Below are positions 28,545-36,132 of a stretch of DNA of 64,000 bases, piece after piece. The stretch comes from a phage: assembly GCA_012549035.1 (NCBI GenBank), contig GCA_012549035.1_4805.1. One strand, given 5' to 3'. A program made the position numbers and the translations under genes. Every line of letters starts with the position of its first letter. Within the stretch, counting starts at the first letter, position 1. Below the pieces are notes generated by a model. That model saw only the letters and a list, made by a program, of their open reading frames with translations. It was not told the origin of the DNA and did no database searches.

Positions 28545-28569
28545 ACTGCTCCCAAACTAGGAGTTTATT

Positions 28570-29208
28570 ATGGCCAGTTTGAATCGTTTCTCCACCAGCG
28601 GCGACGTAATCGCAACCAAGACAGCCGACCTCGTTGCATTCTATAACGAAAATTCAGGCTCAAAGCCGATTAAAAAATTCGCGGACCGCCGGACCGCCGA
28701 GACTCGCGTAATCGCGTTAATCGAGTCCTTAAACGCGCTCGATGAGCCGTCCAACGAATCGCCCATCCCAGACGTGAAGGCGCGTGAGGAAGTGTCCAGC
28801 GATGTAAAAACGCATAAGGCGCGTGCGGTCGTTAAAAAGGCTGAGCCGACCCAGGAAGAACTCGACGCGATGAGTGATGAAGAGTATGAAGCCTTCGTTA
28901 AGAGCAGCCTTAATAGCGCTCCGGTTGGCGCTCCGGTTGGCGCGGATAAAATTGCCAGCCCTTCCCATCGCCGTTCGAATAGCGAAGGTATTGCAAAAAG
29001 TTGGGATAACAAGGAAGTGGCGCAAAAGCGTCTCACCCGTAACGGCGTTATGGTCGAGGGTGTAGGCGAGTTCAAATCGGTCCGCGTAGCGTTCGCCGCG
29101 CTGGGATTACCGGATAGCAAGCACATTCGCTTCCGCATGAAGCTTAAAGAAGCTGGACGCTTGAACTTCGAGTTCGGCAACAAGTCCTACACCTTCCAGA
29201 TTATCTAA
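28570..29208 (+). CDS. hypothetical protein (212 aa)
   Basis: RBS AGGAG; CpG-rich codon usage; Ala/Pro-rich linker APVGAPVGA; terminator directly downstream. Confidence 0.65.
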   Translation: MASLNRFSTSGDVIATKTADLVAFYNENSGSKPIKKFADRRTAETRVIALIESLNALDEPSNESPIPDVKAREEVSSDVKTHKARAVVKKAEPTQEELDAMSDEEYEAFVKSSLNSAPVGAPVGADKIASPSHRRSNSEGIAKSWDNKEVAQKRLTRNGVMVEGVGEFKSVRVAFAALGLPDSKHIRFRMKLKEAGRLNFEFGNKSYTFQII

Positions 29209-29215
29209 TCGAATG

Positions 29216-29237
29216 GCGGCCCTTCGGGGTCGCTTTT
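29216..29237 (+). terminator. intrinsic terminator
   Basis: GCGGCCC-ttcg-GGGTCGC followed by TTTT; mirror image of the stem at 26752. Confidence 0.6.
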
Positions 29238-29258
29238 CATAGTGCAAATTGGTGGCTT

Positions 29259-29522
29259 ATGAATACGCTTATTCTCATCGCTACGTTGTCCATCGGAAGT
29301 GGTCGCACCTTATCCCTTTATGATCATAGTGCAAATTGCGCTTACCCAACGCGCGTTGCGGCGATAGTTAATAGTGCAAATCGAATGCTATTCGAGACTT
29401 GTTGGCGGGTCGATAACGAGAAAGGGCGCATCGTCTTAGGTTATAGTGCAAATCTGCTGGTGGAGTCGTTCGACTGGACGGCGGAAGGTCGTAAATTGTT
29501 ACGTAAAGTGACTAAAAGATGA
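29259..29522 (+). CDS. possible small protein (87 aa) overlapping repeat array
   Basis: ORF with island-type codon usage; three in-frame motif copies each encoding SAN; may be non-coding. Confidence 0.35.
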   Translation: MNTLILIATLSIGSGRTLSLYDHSANCAYPTRVAAIVNSANRMLFETCWRVDNEKGRIVLGYSANLLVESFDWTAEGRKLLRKVTKR

Positions 29523-29583
29523 CTTATAATAATACACTTTCTAACGCGTTTATGGCTGCAGCCTTCCCCGTCGTATTACCGAT

Positions 29584-29624
29584 GGCCCTAGAAGTGGAGA
29601 AAATGTGTTCTAGGGCCGTTTTAT
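29584..29624 (+). terminator. terminator-like inverted repeat
   Basis: GGCCCTAGAA-N14-TTCTAGGGCC followed by GTTTTAT. Confidence 0.45.
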
Positions 29625-29636
29625 AGTGCAAATTGG

Positions 29637-30110
29637 CTAGTGGCGGGAGAATTGCTCACCCTCTTTGGCCGCCTCTCCAAAATCCTTGTAGAAATCGTCC
29701 ATGGAACGGCCCATTTTACTATTGCCATTCTCATCAATCATCGTGATGCCGTAGATGATATTCAGTTCACGAATGGCATTAAGCTTGGCTGATGCCGCGA
29801 CTTCTGGATCACGCACAAGCTTCACTAAATTGTGAATGGAACTCTTTACACTCCACAATTCCTTCAATGGCATCTCTTCCATACGCTTTTTGTAGCGCAT
29901 CTTGTAGTACGGATTGCGTTGCGTGCAGAGGATTCGCTGGCCAGTGTAGTTATCGGTCGCAACCTCCATGCCAAATACTAGTGCAAAAGCTGCGCGCATG
30001 TCATGGCCCTGAATAACAAGGTCAATGAACTCATCGAATAATGCCTGATTATGCTCTGCAAATCGCGGGTCTTCAAAGTCTTCAGGCATTGCTACATAAT
30101 CTTGACTCAT
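29637..30110 (-). CDS. hypothetical protein (157 aa), possible small terminase-like DNA-binding protein
   Basis: ATG at 30110 lies inside a motif copy; track TTG extension to 30305 rejected; weak resemblance to small-terminase N-terminal helix pattern, identity uncertain. Confidence 0.55.
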   Translation of the reverse strand: MSQDYVAMPEDFEDPRFAEHNQALFDEFIDLVIQGHDMRAAFALVFGMEVATDNYTGQRILCTQRNPYYKMRYKKRMEEMPLKELWSVKSSIHNLVKLVRDPEVAASAKLNAIRELNIIYGITMIDENGNSKMGRSMDDFYKDFGEAAKEGEQFSRH

Positions 30111-30338
30111 AGTGCAAATCCCATAGTGCAAATTAATAGTGTGAATTATACAATGATTGAACATTATATTCAAGTGCAGATTGATGTTCAAATTGGCTGT
30201 AAACGTACATAAATCATAGTGCTGAATGAATATCGGACCGTGGTGCGTGGTGTACTGTTTGATACGTATAAAAGAAATCCATCCCTTTCGCCGCTTGTTA
30301 TGCAAATCAATGACTTAGCCGCTGCTGGCTGGTTGAAG

Positions 30339-30612
30339 CGTATCATGACGTATCATCCGTATTGCCGCAAGTCTTTGTTTTTACTTATATCTTACGGATA
30401 ATACGTTAAATATATAAATTAACATAAGTATGAGGATGTAGAAAAAAATTAATTTAAATTAATTCAAAATGGAGTTAATTAATTTTTGAAATAATTCTGG
30501 TTACAATAAGGAAAAATGGCGTATCATCCGTATCATCCGTAAGATTCAGTGTACAAATCCAGGCGCGGCGCACCCTAGCGCCATGATACGGATAAAAACC
30601 TATCCGTAAGAG
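30339..30612. repeat. iteron-rich intergenic region B
   Basis: CGTATCAT(G/C) tandem units at 30339-30364 and 30519-30547; 29-bp segment GCGTATCATCCGTATCATCCGTAAGATTC identical to 14265-14293; AT-rich palindromes at 30410-30490; AATCCAGGCGCGGCGC x2. Confidence 0.7.
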
Positions 30613-30840
30613 TGTACGCTTCAAGCAAAGAATCCAGGCGCGGCGCGGCTTTCGCCACCACACACCACGGTTCACTCTCCAAAATCCGCACACTAAATTC
30701 CAAAATCCAATGCTCATACTCCAAAAATAAATCAAAATTTCCATTTTATTTATTATTTTCATCCACAATATCCTAAATTCTATCCGTATCAACCATGCCT
30801 CAACCCACCACTATTCACGCCACTCACTTCAAAATTTCCA

Positions 30841-30873
30841 TCGAAAACAACAAAAGGTCGCATAAAGCGACCC
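30841..30873 (-). terminator. intrinsic terminator ending the early operon
   Basis: On minus strand GGTCGC-tttat-GCGACC followed by TTTTGTTGTTTT, about 50 nt after stop of 30925..31464. Confidence 0.6.
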
Positions 30874-30924
30874 ATTGCACACATTCCATTATTCAAAACA
30901 CGTAAACGAGTGTTCTTTTATCCA

Positions 30925-31464
30925 CTATAATTTAGGCATCAATCCCTTTTCCGTTCTCCTTTTTATCTCGTCTTCTATCATTTTATTGGTTACTCTATAC
31001 CCAATCCTCTCCAATTCCAGCAATACTTCCTTTTGGTATTTTCTTATTTTTACGATGTCGACCGTATCCCTCCAATAAGATAATACCTTCTTAATGACTG
31101 ACTTTTCCATTTTATATCTGGCTGTCGTCATATATTTCATTTTGAAAATAGAGTTGATGGCATCCGTCTTTAACCATTCCTTTCTTAATTCAGGATGATC
31201 ATCCCAAAGAGCAATGGCGAACTCCTGCGGACTTTTGCACCTGCTTTGAAGCTCCTTTATGTAGTCGACCGTTTTCACTTTTCTATCTAAACGCTCGCGG
31301 CAAACGGTGCACTCTTCCTTGAGCAACCAATCGGCCTTCTTGTCAATTTGCAAAGTTGAATTACCATCCCTTTTATACCTGCCGCAAATGCTTATGCCTT
31401 CATCTTTTAAGAAGTAATGCAACTCTTTAGAGTATTTCGCTTTACGCCAAAAGCCTCCCATCAC
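30925..31464 (-). CDS. hypothetical Cys-rich protein (179 aa)
   Basis: Last gene of minus-strand early operon; CxxC-like pairs (CGRY...CTVC). Confidence 0.55.
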   Translation of the reverse strand: MMGGFWRKAKYSKELHYFLKDEGISICGRYKRDGNSTLQIDKKADWLLKEECTVCRERLDRKVKTVDYIKELQSRCKSPQEFAIALWDDHPELRKEWLKTDAINSIFKMKYMTTARYKMEKSVIKKVLSYWRDTVDIVKIRKYQKEVLLELERIGYRVTNKMIEDEIKRRTEKGLMPKL

Positions 31465-31883
31465 CCCTCCTTAACGACCCGATAAGCAACAATCTTTGCG
31501 CCAGTCGGGCTTGCCACTGCACCCCAGTTCAAATTATCCGAAGGGACGGCCTCTTTTGATTTATAACCGTTGAGTAATTCAAACATGACCATCTTCCCAG
31601 GCACCGGATTATCGCCACCAAACCACACGGTCCACGCTTCTTCCTTTTGTGCGACAGTCTTCTTGCTTTGTTCGATGATGTCACTAAAATTCTTCACTAC
31701 CAGCTCAGCGGCTTTGATGCACTCGTGGTATTGTTCAATCTCTTTTGTTAGAGAATCATTAAGCTTGAGTAGTGATTCATAGTCCTCATATGCAACAAAA
31801 CGTCCTTCGTGACTTTCTGGAACAGGAGTGATGTCGAAATCTTCTGTCGCCACATCGTATGTCAGATCATAACGTTGTATCAT
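31461..31883 (-). CDS. hypothetical protein with shared C-terminal domain (140 aa)
   Basis: C-terminus WTVWFGGDNPVPGK...IVAYRVVKEG paralogous to C-terminus of 33034..33534. Confidence 0.55.
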   Translation of the reverse strand: MIQRYDLTYDVATEDFDITPVPESHEGRFVAYEDYESLLKLNDSLTKEIEQYHECIKAAELVVKNFSDIIEQSKKTVAQKEEAWTVWFGGDNPVPGKMVMFELLNGYKSKEAVPSDNLNWGAVASPTGAKIVAYRVVKEG

Positions 31884-32367
31884 TTAACTTCTCCAAAATT
31901 TCAATAGCGATTTGCGTTTGCTTCTCAAGAGCGATACGCAACATGTCAATTTGCAAGTCACGGTGAGCCAGTTCAGCGGCGATGTCCGACTTGCTGTAAA
32001 GTCCTTCGTGAGTCATGGCATAAATGTGGCGCGTATAATAGCCGCCCTCGTCGAGTTGCTCGATGTCACGTTGCCCGACTGCGTATTGTTTATCGGTTGA
32101 TGGCGCTTGGATTTTGATTGATTCGACTTCTTGAAGAGAATAAATTGATGCTGGTCGGTTCTCTTCAAACGTCTTTACTTGGTCAATGCGCTGACACCAA
32201 GATGATTCACCGATTTCAAATCCCCACTGTCCGTGTGTGCTTACCCATGAAGGTTTCTTCTCATACACCCAAATGCTGCCATTAGAATCGCGCGCAACGA
32301 ATCGTGCACGAGCGTCTATTTCGTATTCTTTACCTTCGAACTTGATGCGCTGTCTATTGTTAGTCAT
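31867..32367 (-). CDS. hypothetical protein (166 aa)
   Basis: ORF in early operon, overlapping start/stop. Confidence 0.5.
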   Translation of the reverse strand: MTNNRQRIKFEGKEYEIDARARFVARDSNGSIWVYEKKPSWVSTHGQWGFEIGESSWCQRIDQVKTFEENRPASIYSLQEVESIKIQAPSTDKQYAVGQRDIEQLDEGGYYTRHIYAMTHEGLYSKSDIAAELAHRDLQIDMLRIALEKQTQIAIEILEKLNDTTL

Positions 32368-32696
32368 GATGCATCCTTAGTTGGATAGAATTTAGGGTTG
32401 TTCTTATAGAATGCCTTGAGCCATGCCTTTGCTTCTGCGATGCTGCTGAACTCTTCCTTGGAGAGTCCGGTGCGGTCCTCGCCTGCGACCTTGAAATGGA
32501 TGCGCACCTTGAGCCGAAGGTTGGTTGCTCTCGCGTAGTGGCCTTCATAGCCGTGATGGTCGAGGCTTACGATTGCGGCAAGCAGCTCGCAGTCTTCTTT
32601 ATCGGGATTGCCGCTGTAACAAGTCGGCCAGCCGCGACGTTGGAATGACCTGTATTGGCCTGTTGGCTCAGGGTCCACGTACCATTTCAATTTCAT
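32364..32696 (-). CDS. hypothetical protein (110 aa)
   Basis: ORF in early operon, 4-nt overlaps. Confidence 0.5.
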   Translation of the reverse strand: MKLKWYVDPEPTGQYRSFQRRGWPTCYSGNPDKEDCELLAAIVSLDHHGYEGHYARATNLRLKVRIHFKVAGEDRTGLSKEEFSSIAEAKAWLKAFYKNNPKFYPTKDAS

Positions 32697-33034
32697 TTAA
32701 CCTTCTCCAATTGGAATCTTGTTTCTGGAAAGCCTGCGACAAACATGTCACGACCCTCGACATCACGCTTCACGAACCAACGCATGCCGTTGACTACCGT
32801 GAAGACAATTTGCCTTCCATCAATAATAAGTCCTTTTGCCTCATAAAGCAAATAAGTCTGACCGACTTTGAAGCTCAATATGTCCTTGCTTGTGCTGGTG
32901 CACTTGAGCCGCCACTGGGTGAGATTGGATTCACTCGCCTCGATGTCAACAACCTTACCGCGCAGCGGCGATGTGCGTTGAATCTCTTTCATTTGCTCGT
33001 CGAACGTTAGCTCACGGCCTTCTTGCTCTTCCAT
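32693..33034 (-). CDS. hypothetical protein (113 aa)
   Basis: ORF in early operon. Confidence 0.5.
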   Translation of the reverse strand: MEEQEGRELTFDEQMKEIQRTSPLRGKVVDIEASESNLTQWRLKCTSTSKDILSFKVGQTYLLYEAKGLIIDGRQIVFTVVNGMRWFVKRDVEGRDMFVAGFPETRFQLEKVK

Positions 33035-33534
33035 TATTCCTCCACGACGCGATAAGCGATGATGTCATCGCCGCTTCCAACGTGCTTCCATCTTACTGAT
33101 TGTGAGCCGTAACACCCGACGGACTTTATCCCGCTTCTCATTTTGTACTTGATAATCTTCCCAGGCACCGGATTCTCGCCTCCAGCCCATTCAATCCAAC
33201 CTTCATGAGACTCTTCGGACTTCTTCAATTGCTCATGCTTCTCACCAATGTGGGCAATTGGTTGGTTGCTGTTGTAAAAGAATCCAAGCGCAACATCGTA
33301 GCACGGATGACTATGAGAAAGACAGATGTCATCACACCAAAGCTCCATGGTGCGCGACTTAAGCGTCATGATATTGGTATACCACTCGATGGTGTAGTGG
33401 TCGTTAAGGTTGCCGACGATGTAGAAGTTGCGACAAAAGTGCGAAGCATCGTCAGACTTCTCGCGGCGATAGCTTTTGATTGCGCCAGCCTTTACAGCCA
33501 TTTCCAGTACTGCTTCGAGTTGTTTGATTTTCAT
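33034..33534 (-). CDS. hypothetical protein with shared C-terminal domain (166 aa)
   Basis: C-terminus WIEWAGGENPVPGK...IIAYRVVEE paralogous to 31461..31883. Confidence 0.55.
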   Translation of the reverse strand: MKIKQLEAVLEMAVKAGAIKSYRREKSDDASHFCRNFYIVGNLNDHYTIEWYTNIMTLKSRTMELWCDDICLSHSHPCYDVALGFFYNSNQPIAHIGEKHEQLKKSEESHEGWIEWAGGENPVPGKIIKYKMRSGIKSVGCYGSQSVRWKHVGSGDDIIAYRVVEE

Positions 33535-33767
33535 TTCTTTACTCCGAGTTCAATTTGATAGCCGATTGACAATTCATTTTCGCCGATGGTAAATGCATCG
33601 ACGGGCTGCGACATCACCGCTTTTAAATATACCTTCTTGCGCCGCTTCGCCTTGTACAAGCAACGGTCGCCGCTGCGGTTGTAAATATTAAGCCAGGTGC
33701 GCTTACTAATCTTATACGGCACATGCGGCTTGATGAATAATAAACGGGCCTTAAGATTTGATGTCAT
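33531..33767 (-). CDS. hypothetical basic protein (78 aa)
   Basis: ORF in early operon, overlapping start/stop. Confidence 0.45.
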   Translation of the reverse strand: MTSNLKARLLFIKPHVPYKISKRTWLNIYNRSGDRCLYKAKRRKKVYLKAVMSQPVDAFTIGENELSIGYQIELGVKK

Positions 33768-34044
33768 AATATTTACCTCCAGCCATATTCTCTTTAATTT
33801 CTTTTAATGCTGCACGACCTGCTTTTGTCATCACCACGGATGAATAGCGCGTCGTGTCTTTCTCACCTGGCATTGCCCAATCAACAAGGCCCAGGCGGAA
33901 TAAGACAGGGATTGATGGCGCATTGATGTCGTGAAATAGTGATGGCCGCTTTTCATAAGCCTTCTTGCGGTCGCCGCGCAGCATGTATGGCGTTCCGTCT
34001 TCCATCCGGTACAATGTTTGAATTTGCGCTAGGCTTAGTCTCAT
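33751..34044 (-). CDS. hypothetical protein (97 aa)
   Basis: ATG 34044 with GGAGAA RBS; track start is TTG at 34059. Confidence 0.5.
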   Translation of the reverse strand: MRLSLAQIQTLYRMEDGTPYMLRGDRKKAYEKRPSLFHDINAPSIPVLFRLGLVDWAMPGEKDTTRYSSVVMTKAGRAALKEIKENMAGGKYYDIKS

Positions 34045-34225
34045 TGTTGTCTTCTCCAAACTGCGTGTAATGTTTTCTGGTCGAACTTGGACAGCGTTTC
34101 ACGCTCCGATGCCTTAAGGAATCGCGTGCCAAAGAATAACATACCTTGCGGCGTTTTAACGAGCGACACGCCTTTGTTACGGTAAAGCTTACCAAGGCTG
34201 ATGCGTTGTGGACTTCGGTACTCAT
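33953..34225 (-). CDS. possible Arg-rich small protein (90 aa), overlapping frame
   Basis: ATG 34225 with AAGGAG RBS right after promoter cassette, but overlaps 33751..34044 by about 90 nt and has low-complexity composition. Confidence 0.3.
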   Translation of the reverse strand: MSTEVHNASALVSFTVTKACRSLKRRKVCYSLARDSLRHRSVKRCPSSTRKHYTQFGEDNNETKPSANSNIVPDGRRNAIHAARRPQEGL

Positions 34226-34253
34226 AATCAGTTCTCCTTTGCTTGATGAACTA

Positions 34254-34281
34254 AGTATAATACAGGCAAATAAAAAGGCAA
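34254..34281 (-). promoter_or_regulatory. early-operon promoter cassette copy 1 (TTGCCT-N16-TATACT)
   Basis: Minus-strand TCAAAAAGGTGAGCTAGATGCTTGCCTTTTTATTTGCCTGTATTATACTTAGTTCATCAAG; near-duplicate at 35514..35542. Confidence 0.45.
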
Positions 34282-34303
34282 GCATCTAGCTCACCTTTTT
34301 GAA

Positions 34304-34564
34304 TTAAATATTCTTCGCCTCTTCGTGGAGGCCGACTGACCTTAGTTTGCGTCGCAAGTAAGCTTTCTTCTCGCTCTCCCGTCCTGCTGGGGTGACTCGC
34401 CAACGTAATGTGTTCTCCAGATTCTTGCGTCGGTTGTGCTCGTCGAGTAGCTCTACCAGTGCCTTTGCATCGTCGAGTGTTAACACCACGGGCCGCGACC
34501 CATTAACGGCTTGTCGAAGCTTCCGCGCGGCAACGGCCAGCTTAGTCATCGGACCCTTGTTCAC
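34304..34564 (-). CDS. hypothetical protein (86 aa)
   Basis: ORF in early operon. Confidence 0.5.
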   Translation of the reverse strand: MNKGPMTKLAVAARKLRQAVNGSRPVVLTLDDAKALVELLDEHNRRKNLENTLRWRVTPAGRESEKKAYLRRKLRSVGLHEEAKNI

Positions 34565-34953
34565 GGCAACTCCTTATTCATCGGCGTTATGGAAAGCACC
34601 TTCACTTCAGTGATGTCACGGTTGTATTCGCGCTTGATTTGTAGAATCTGGGATTGGATGCGCGCGATAAAATGCGGCGTGATTCCTTCCTTAACGTTAA
34701 TCCAGGCCGCAAGCTGCATCGAGTCGATGTCACTTCTCAATGTCGTTGGGCAGTTAATAGCACTTGGTGCACCACTAGCACCGTAAGCAAGTTGCGCGTC
34801 ATAAGCTGAATACTTGAATGACACCAGGAACATTCTTTCTTCAAGCTGACTCTCGCTCTTAGGATTCTTATCACAATTAGTCATGTGCTGCACAAACTCT
34901 TCGTGTGGAAGATGCATCACATCGTGGCAATACGGACAACGTTTCATTCTCAT
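34561..34953 (-). CDS. hypothetical zinc-finger-like protein (130 aa)
   Basis: N-terminal CPYCH...H...C motif. Confidence 0.5.
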   Translation of the reverse strand: MRMKRCPYCHDVMHLPHEEFVQHMTNCDKNPKSESQLEERMFLVSFKYSAYDAQLAYGASGAPSAINCPTTLRSDIDSMQLAAWINVKEGITPHFIARIQSQILQIKREYNRDITEVKVLSITPMNKELP

Positions 34954-35186
34954 TTTGCATACTCCATAGCATATTGCTGCAGCTTAAACGCAGCCTTTTG
35001 TAATTGTTTGTGGCGTTCAAATAACGTCTCACGCTTTTCAGCAGGGCAATCGGCGCGAAGCATTGTTATGGCAACGCTTGACATAGCATTCAATAAAAAC
35101 TGAAAACAAGACACCATTCTCAGCTCATTGCGCTTGTTGAAAGACAACTTACCCAGCGCGGCATTCATAATTGCACCTCGACACAC
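34950..35186 (-). CDS. hypothetical protein (78 aa)
   Basis: ORF in early operon, 4-nt overlap. Confidence 0.45.
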   Translation of the reverse strand: MCRGAIMNAALGKLSFNKRNELRMVSCFQFLLNAMSSVAITMLRADCPAEKRETLFERHKQLQKAAFKLQQYAMEYAK

Positions 35187-35482
35187 GATTCACTAGCCGA
35201 GAATCCCCAGCCTTCCAGACCGACTTCGCCGCAACAGCGCACCTTTGCCCAACCAGTCATGAGCCATTGGCGATACTTTTCGAAGTATGTTGGCTTTTCT
35301 GAATAACAATGAACAAGGCCGTCGTCATCAATGGCCACGTAACGCGTCCAAGGCGCAACGGGTACAACTACGTCGGGGTGCGACTCTGGCCAAGGCTTGA
35401 TGTGTACAGCTGTGTTCAAGTCTACGTTTAACACGCTGCCTAACCGCTCGTCTTGCTCCTGGTCGATGCCTAAGTAAATCAT
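35165..35482 (-). CDS. hypothetical protein (105 aa)
   Basis: ATG 35482 with GAGGTG RBS; track N-terminal extension rejected. Confidence 0.5.
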   Translation of the reverse strand: MIYLGIDQEQDERLGSVLNVDLNTAVHIKPWPESHPDVVVPVAPWTRYVAIDDDGLVHCYSEKPTYFEKYRQWLMTGWAKVRCCGEVGLEGWGFSASESCVEVQL

Positions 35483-35513
35483 AATCACCTCGCTTGTTTG
35501 TCTTGATGAAAAG

Positions 35514-35542
35514 AGTATAAGTATTGATAAAAGAAAAGGCAA
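35514..35542 (-). promoter_or_regulatory. early-operon promoter cassette copy 2 (TTGCCT-N17-TATACT)
   Basis: Minus-strand TCAAAAAGGTGAGCTAAATGCTTGCCTTTTCTTTTATCAATACTTATACTCTTTTCATCAAG. Confidence 0.45.
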
Positions 35543-35566
35543 GCATTTAGCTCACCTTTTTGATAT

Positions 35567-35899
35567 TCATTTTACATAGTGAAGTAGGTCAATCTCTATC
35601 TGTTCACGTGTCCTTGTTATCTTTGTATCACCCGTCCGGTGAGAGAATCGATAGATGGTCAACTCTCCGTCACCTCCTCTATCGAACTTCATGTTGGCTA
35701 GTCGACAAGCATATATTGCATTAAGCTTATTACCATAAGACAAAATGTTAAATGTCAAAACGGTATCGCCCATCCTCACATTCTCTTTTATGCACCTCTT
35801 TAAGAAGTAATAGGACTCGGCAAAGGCGTTGTGCCTTTTCCAGATTTCGTTCACCTTCCTACGCTCATGCGCGGCAAGTATCTGATCACGGGTCATCAC
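35567..35899 (-). CDS. hypothetical protein (110 aa)
   Basis: ORF in early operon. Confidence 0.5.
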   Translation of the reverse strand: MMTRDQILAAHERRKVNEIWKRHNAFAESYYFLKRCIKENVRMGDTVLTFNILSYGNKLNAIYACRLANMKFDRGGDGELTIYRFSHRTGDTKITRTREQIEIDLLHYVK

Positions 35900-36132
35900 T
35901 GCACCTCTGTTATTCCGGTAATTCGAACGATGACGGTGTCATCCAAATTGAACTGCTGCCGCGCGACGCGTTTGATGTCGTCCTTAAGGTCAGAAATCAA
36001 CTCCCTTGTTAACACTGTACGCTCTGAGACGCCATATTGAACGTCAAAGGTATACTCGCCATAAAATACCGCGCCATTGGGAAGTTGAACGACATAGAAT
36101 GCCATATACATGGCGTTAATATAATCTTCCAT
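35896..36132 (-). CDS. hypothetical protein (78 aa)
   Basis: Internal ATG (MEDYINAMY) chosen to avoid overlap with 36132..36479. Confidence 0.4.
   Translation of the reverse strand: MEDYINAMYMAFYVVQLPNGAVFYGEYTFDVQYGVSERTVLTRELISDLKDDIKRVARQQFNLDDTVIVRITGITEVQ

Larger units (their letters stand above)
29239..30227 (+). repeat. dispersed array of 11-mer ATAGTGCAAAT
   Basis: Exact copies at 29239, 29326, 29371, 29443, 29623, 30109, 30123; degenerate copies at 30136 (ATAGTGTGAAT) and 30216 (ATAGTGCTGAAT); all same orientation. Confidence 0.8.

Noticed and set aside
28641-29183. 180-aa and 98-aa minus-strand ORFs antisense to gene 28570..29208
   Set aside because: Lie entirely within a well-supported plus-strand gene that has RBS, promoter and terminator; antisense open frames are expected in CpG-rich sequence.
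29239-30227. CRISPR array interpretation of the 11-mer repeats
   Set aside because: Repeat unit of 11 bp is far below CRISPR repeat length (about 24-47 bp) and spacing is irregular (45 to about 470 bp); no cas genes.
30111-30305. N-terminal 65-codon extension of track ORF 29637..30305
   Set aside because: Starts at TTG with no RBS and is a translation of the ATAGTGCAAAT repeat array; the internal ATG at 30110 is preferred.
30475-30792. 105-aa minus-strand ORF across iteron region B
   Set aside because: TTG start, no RBS, Trp/Arg-rich nonsense composition from reading through tandem repeats.
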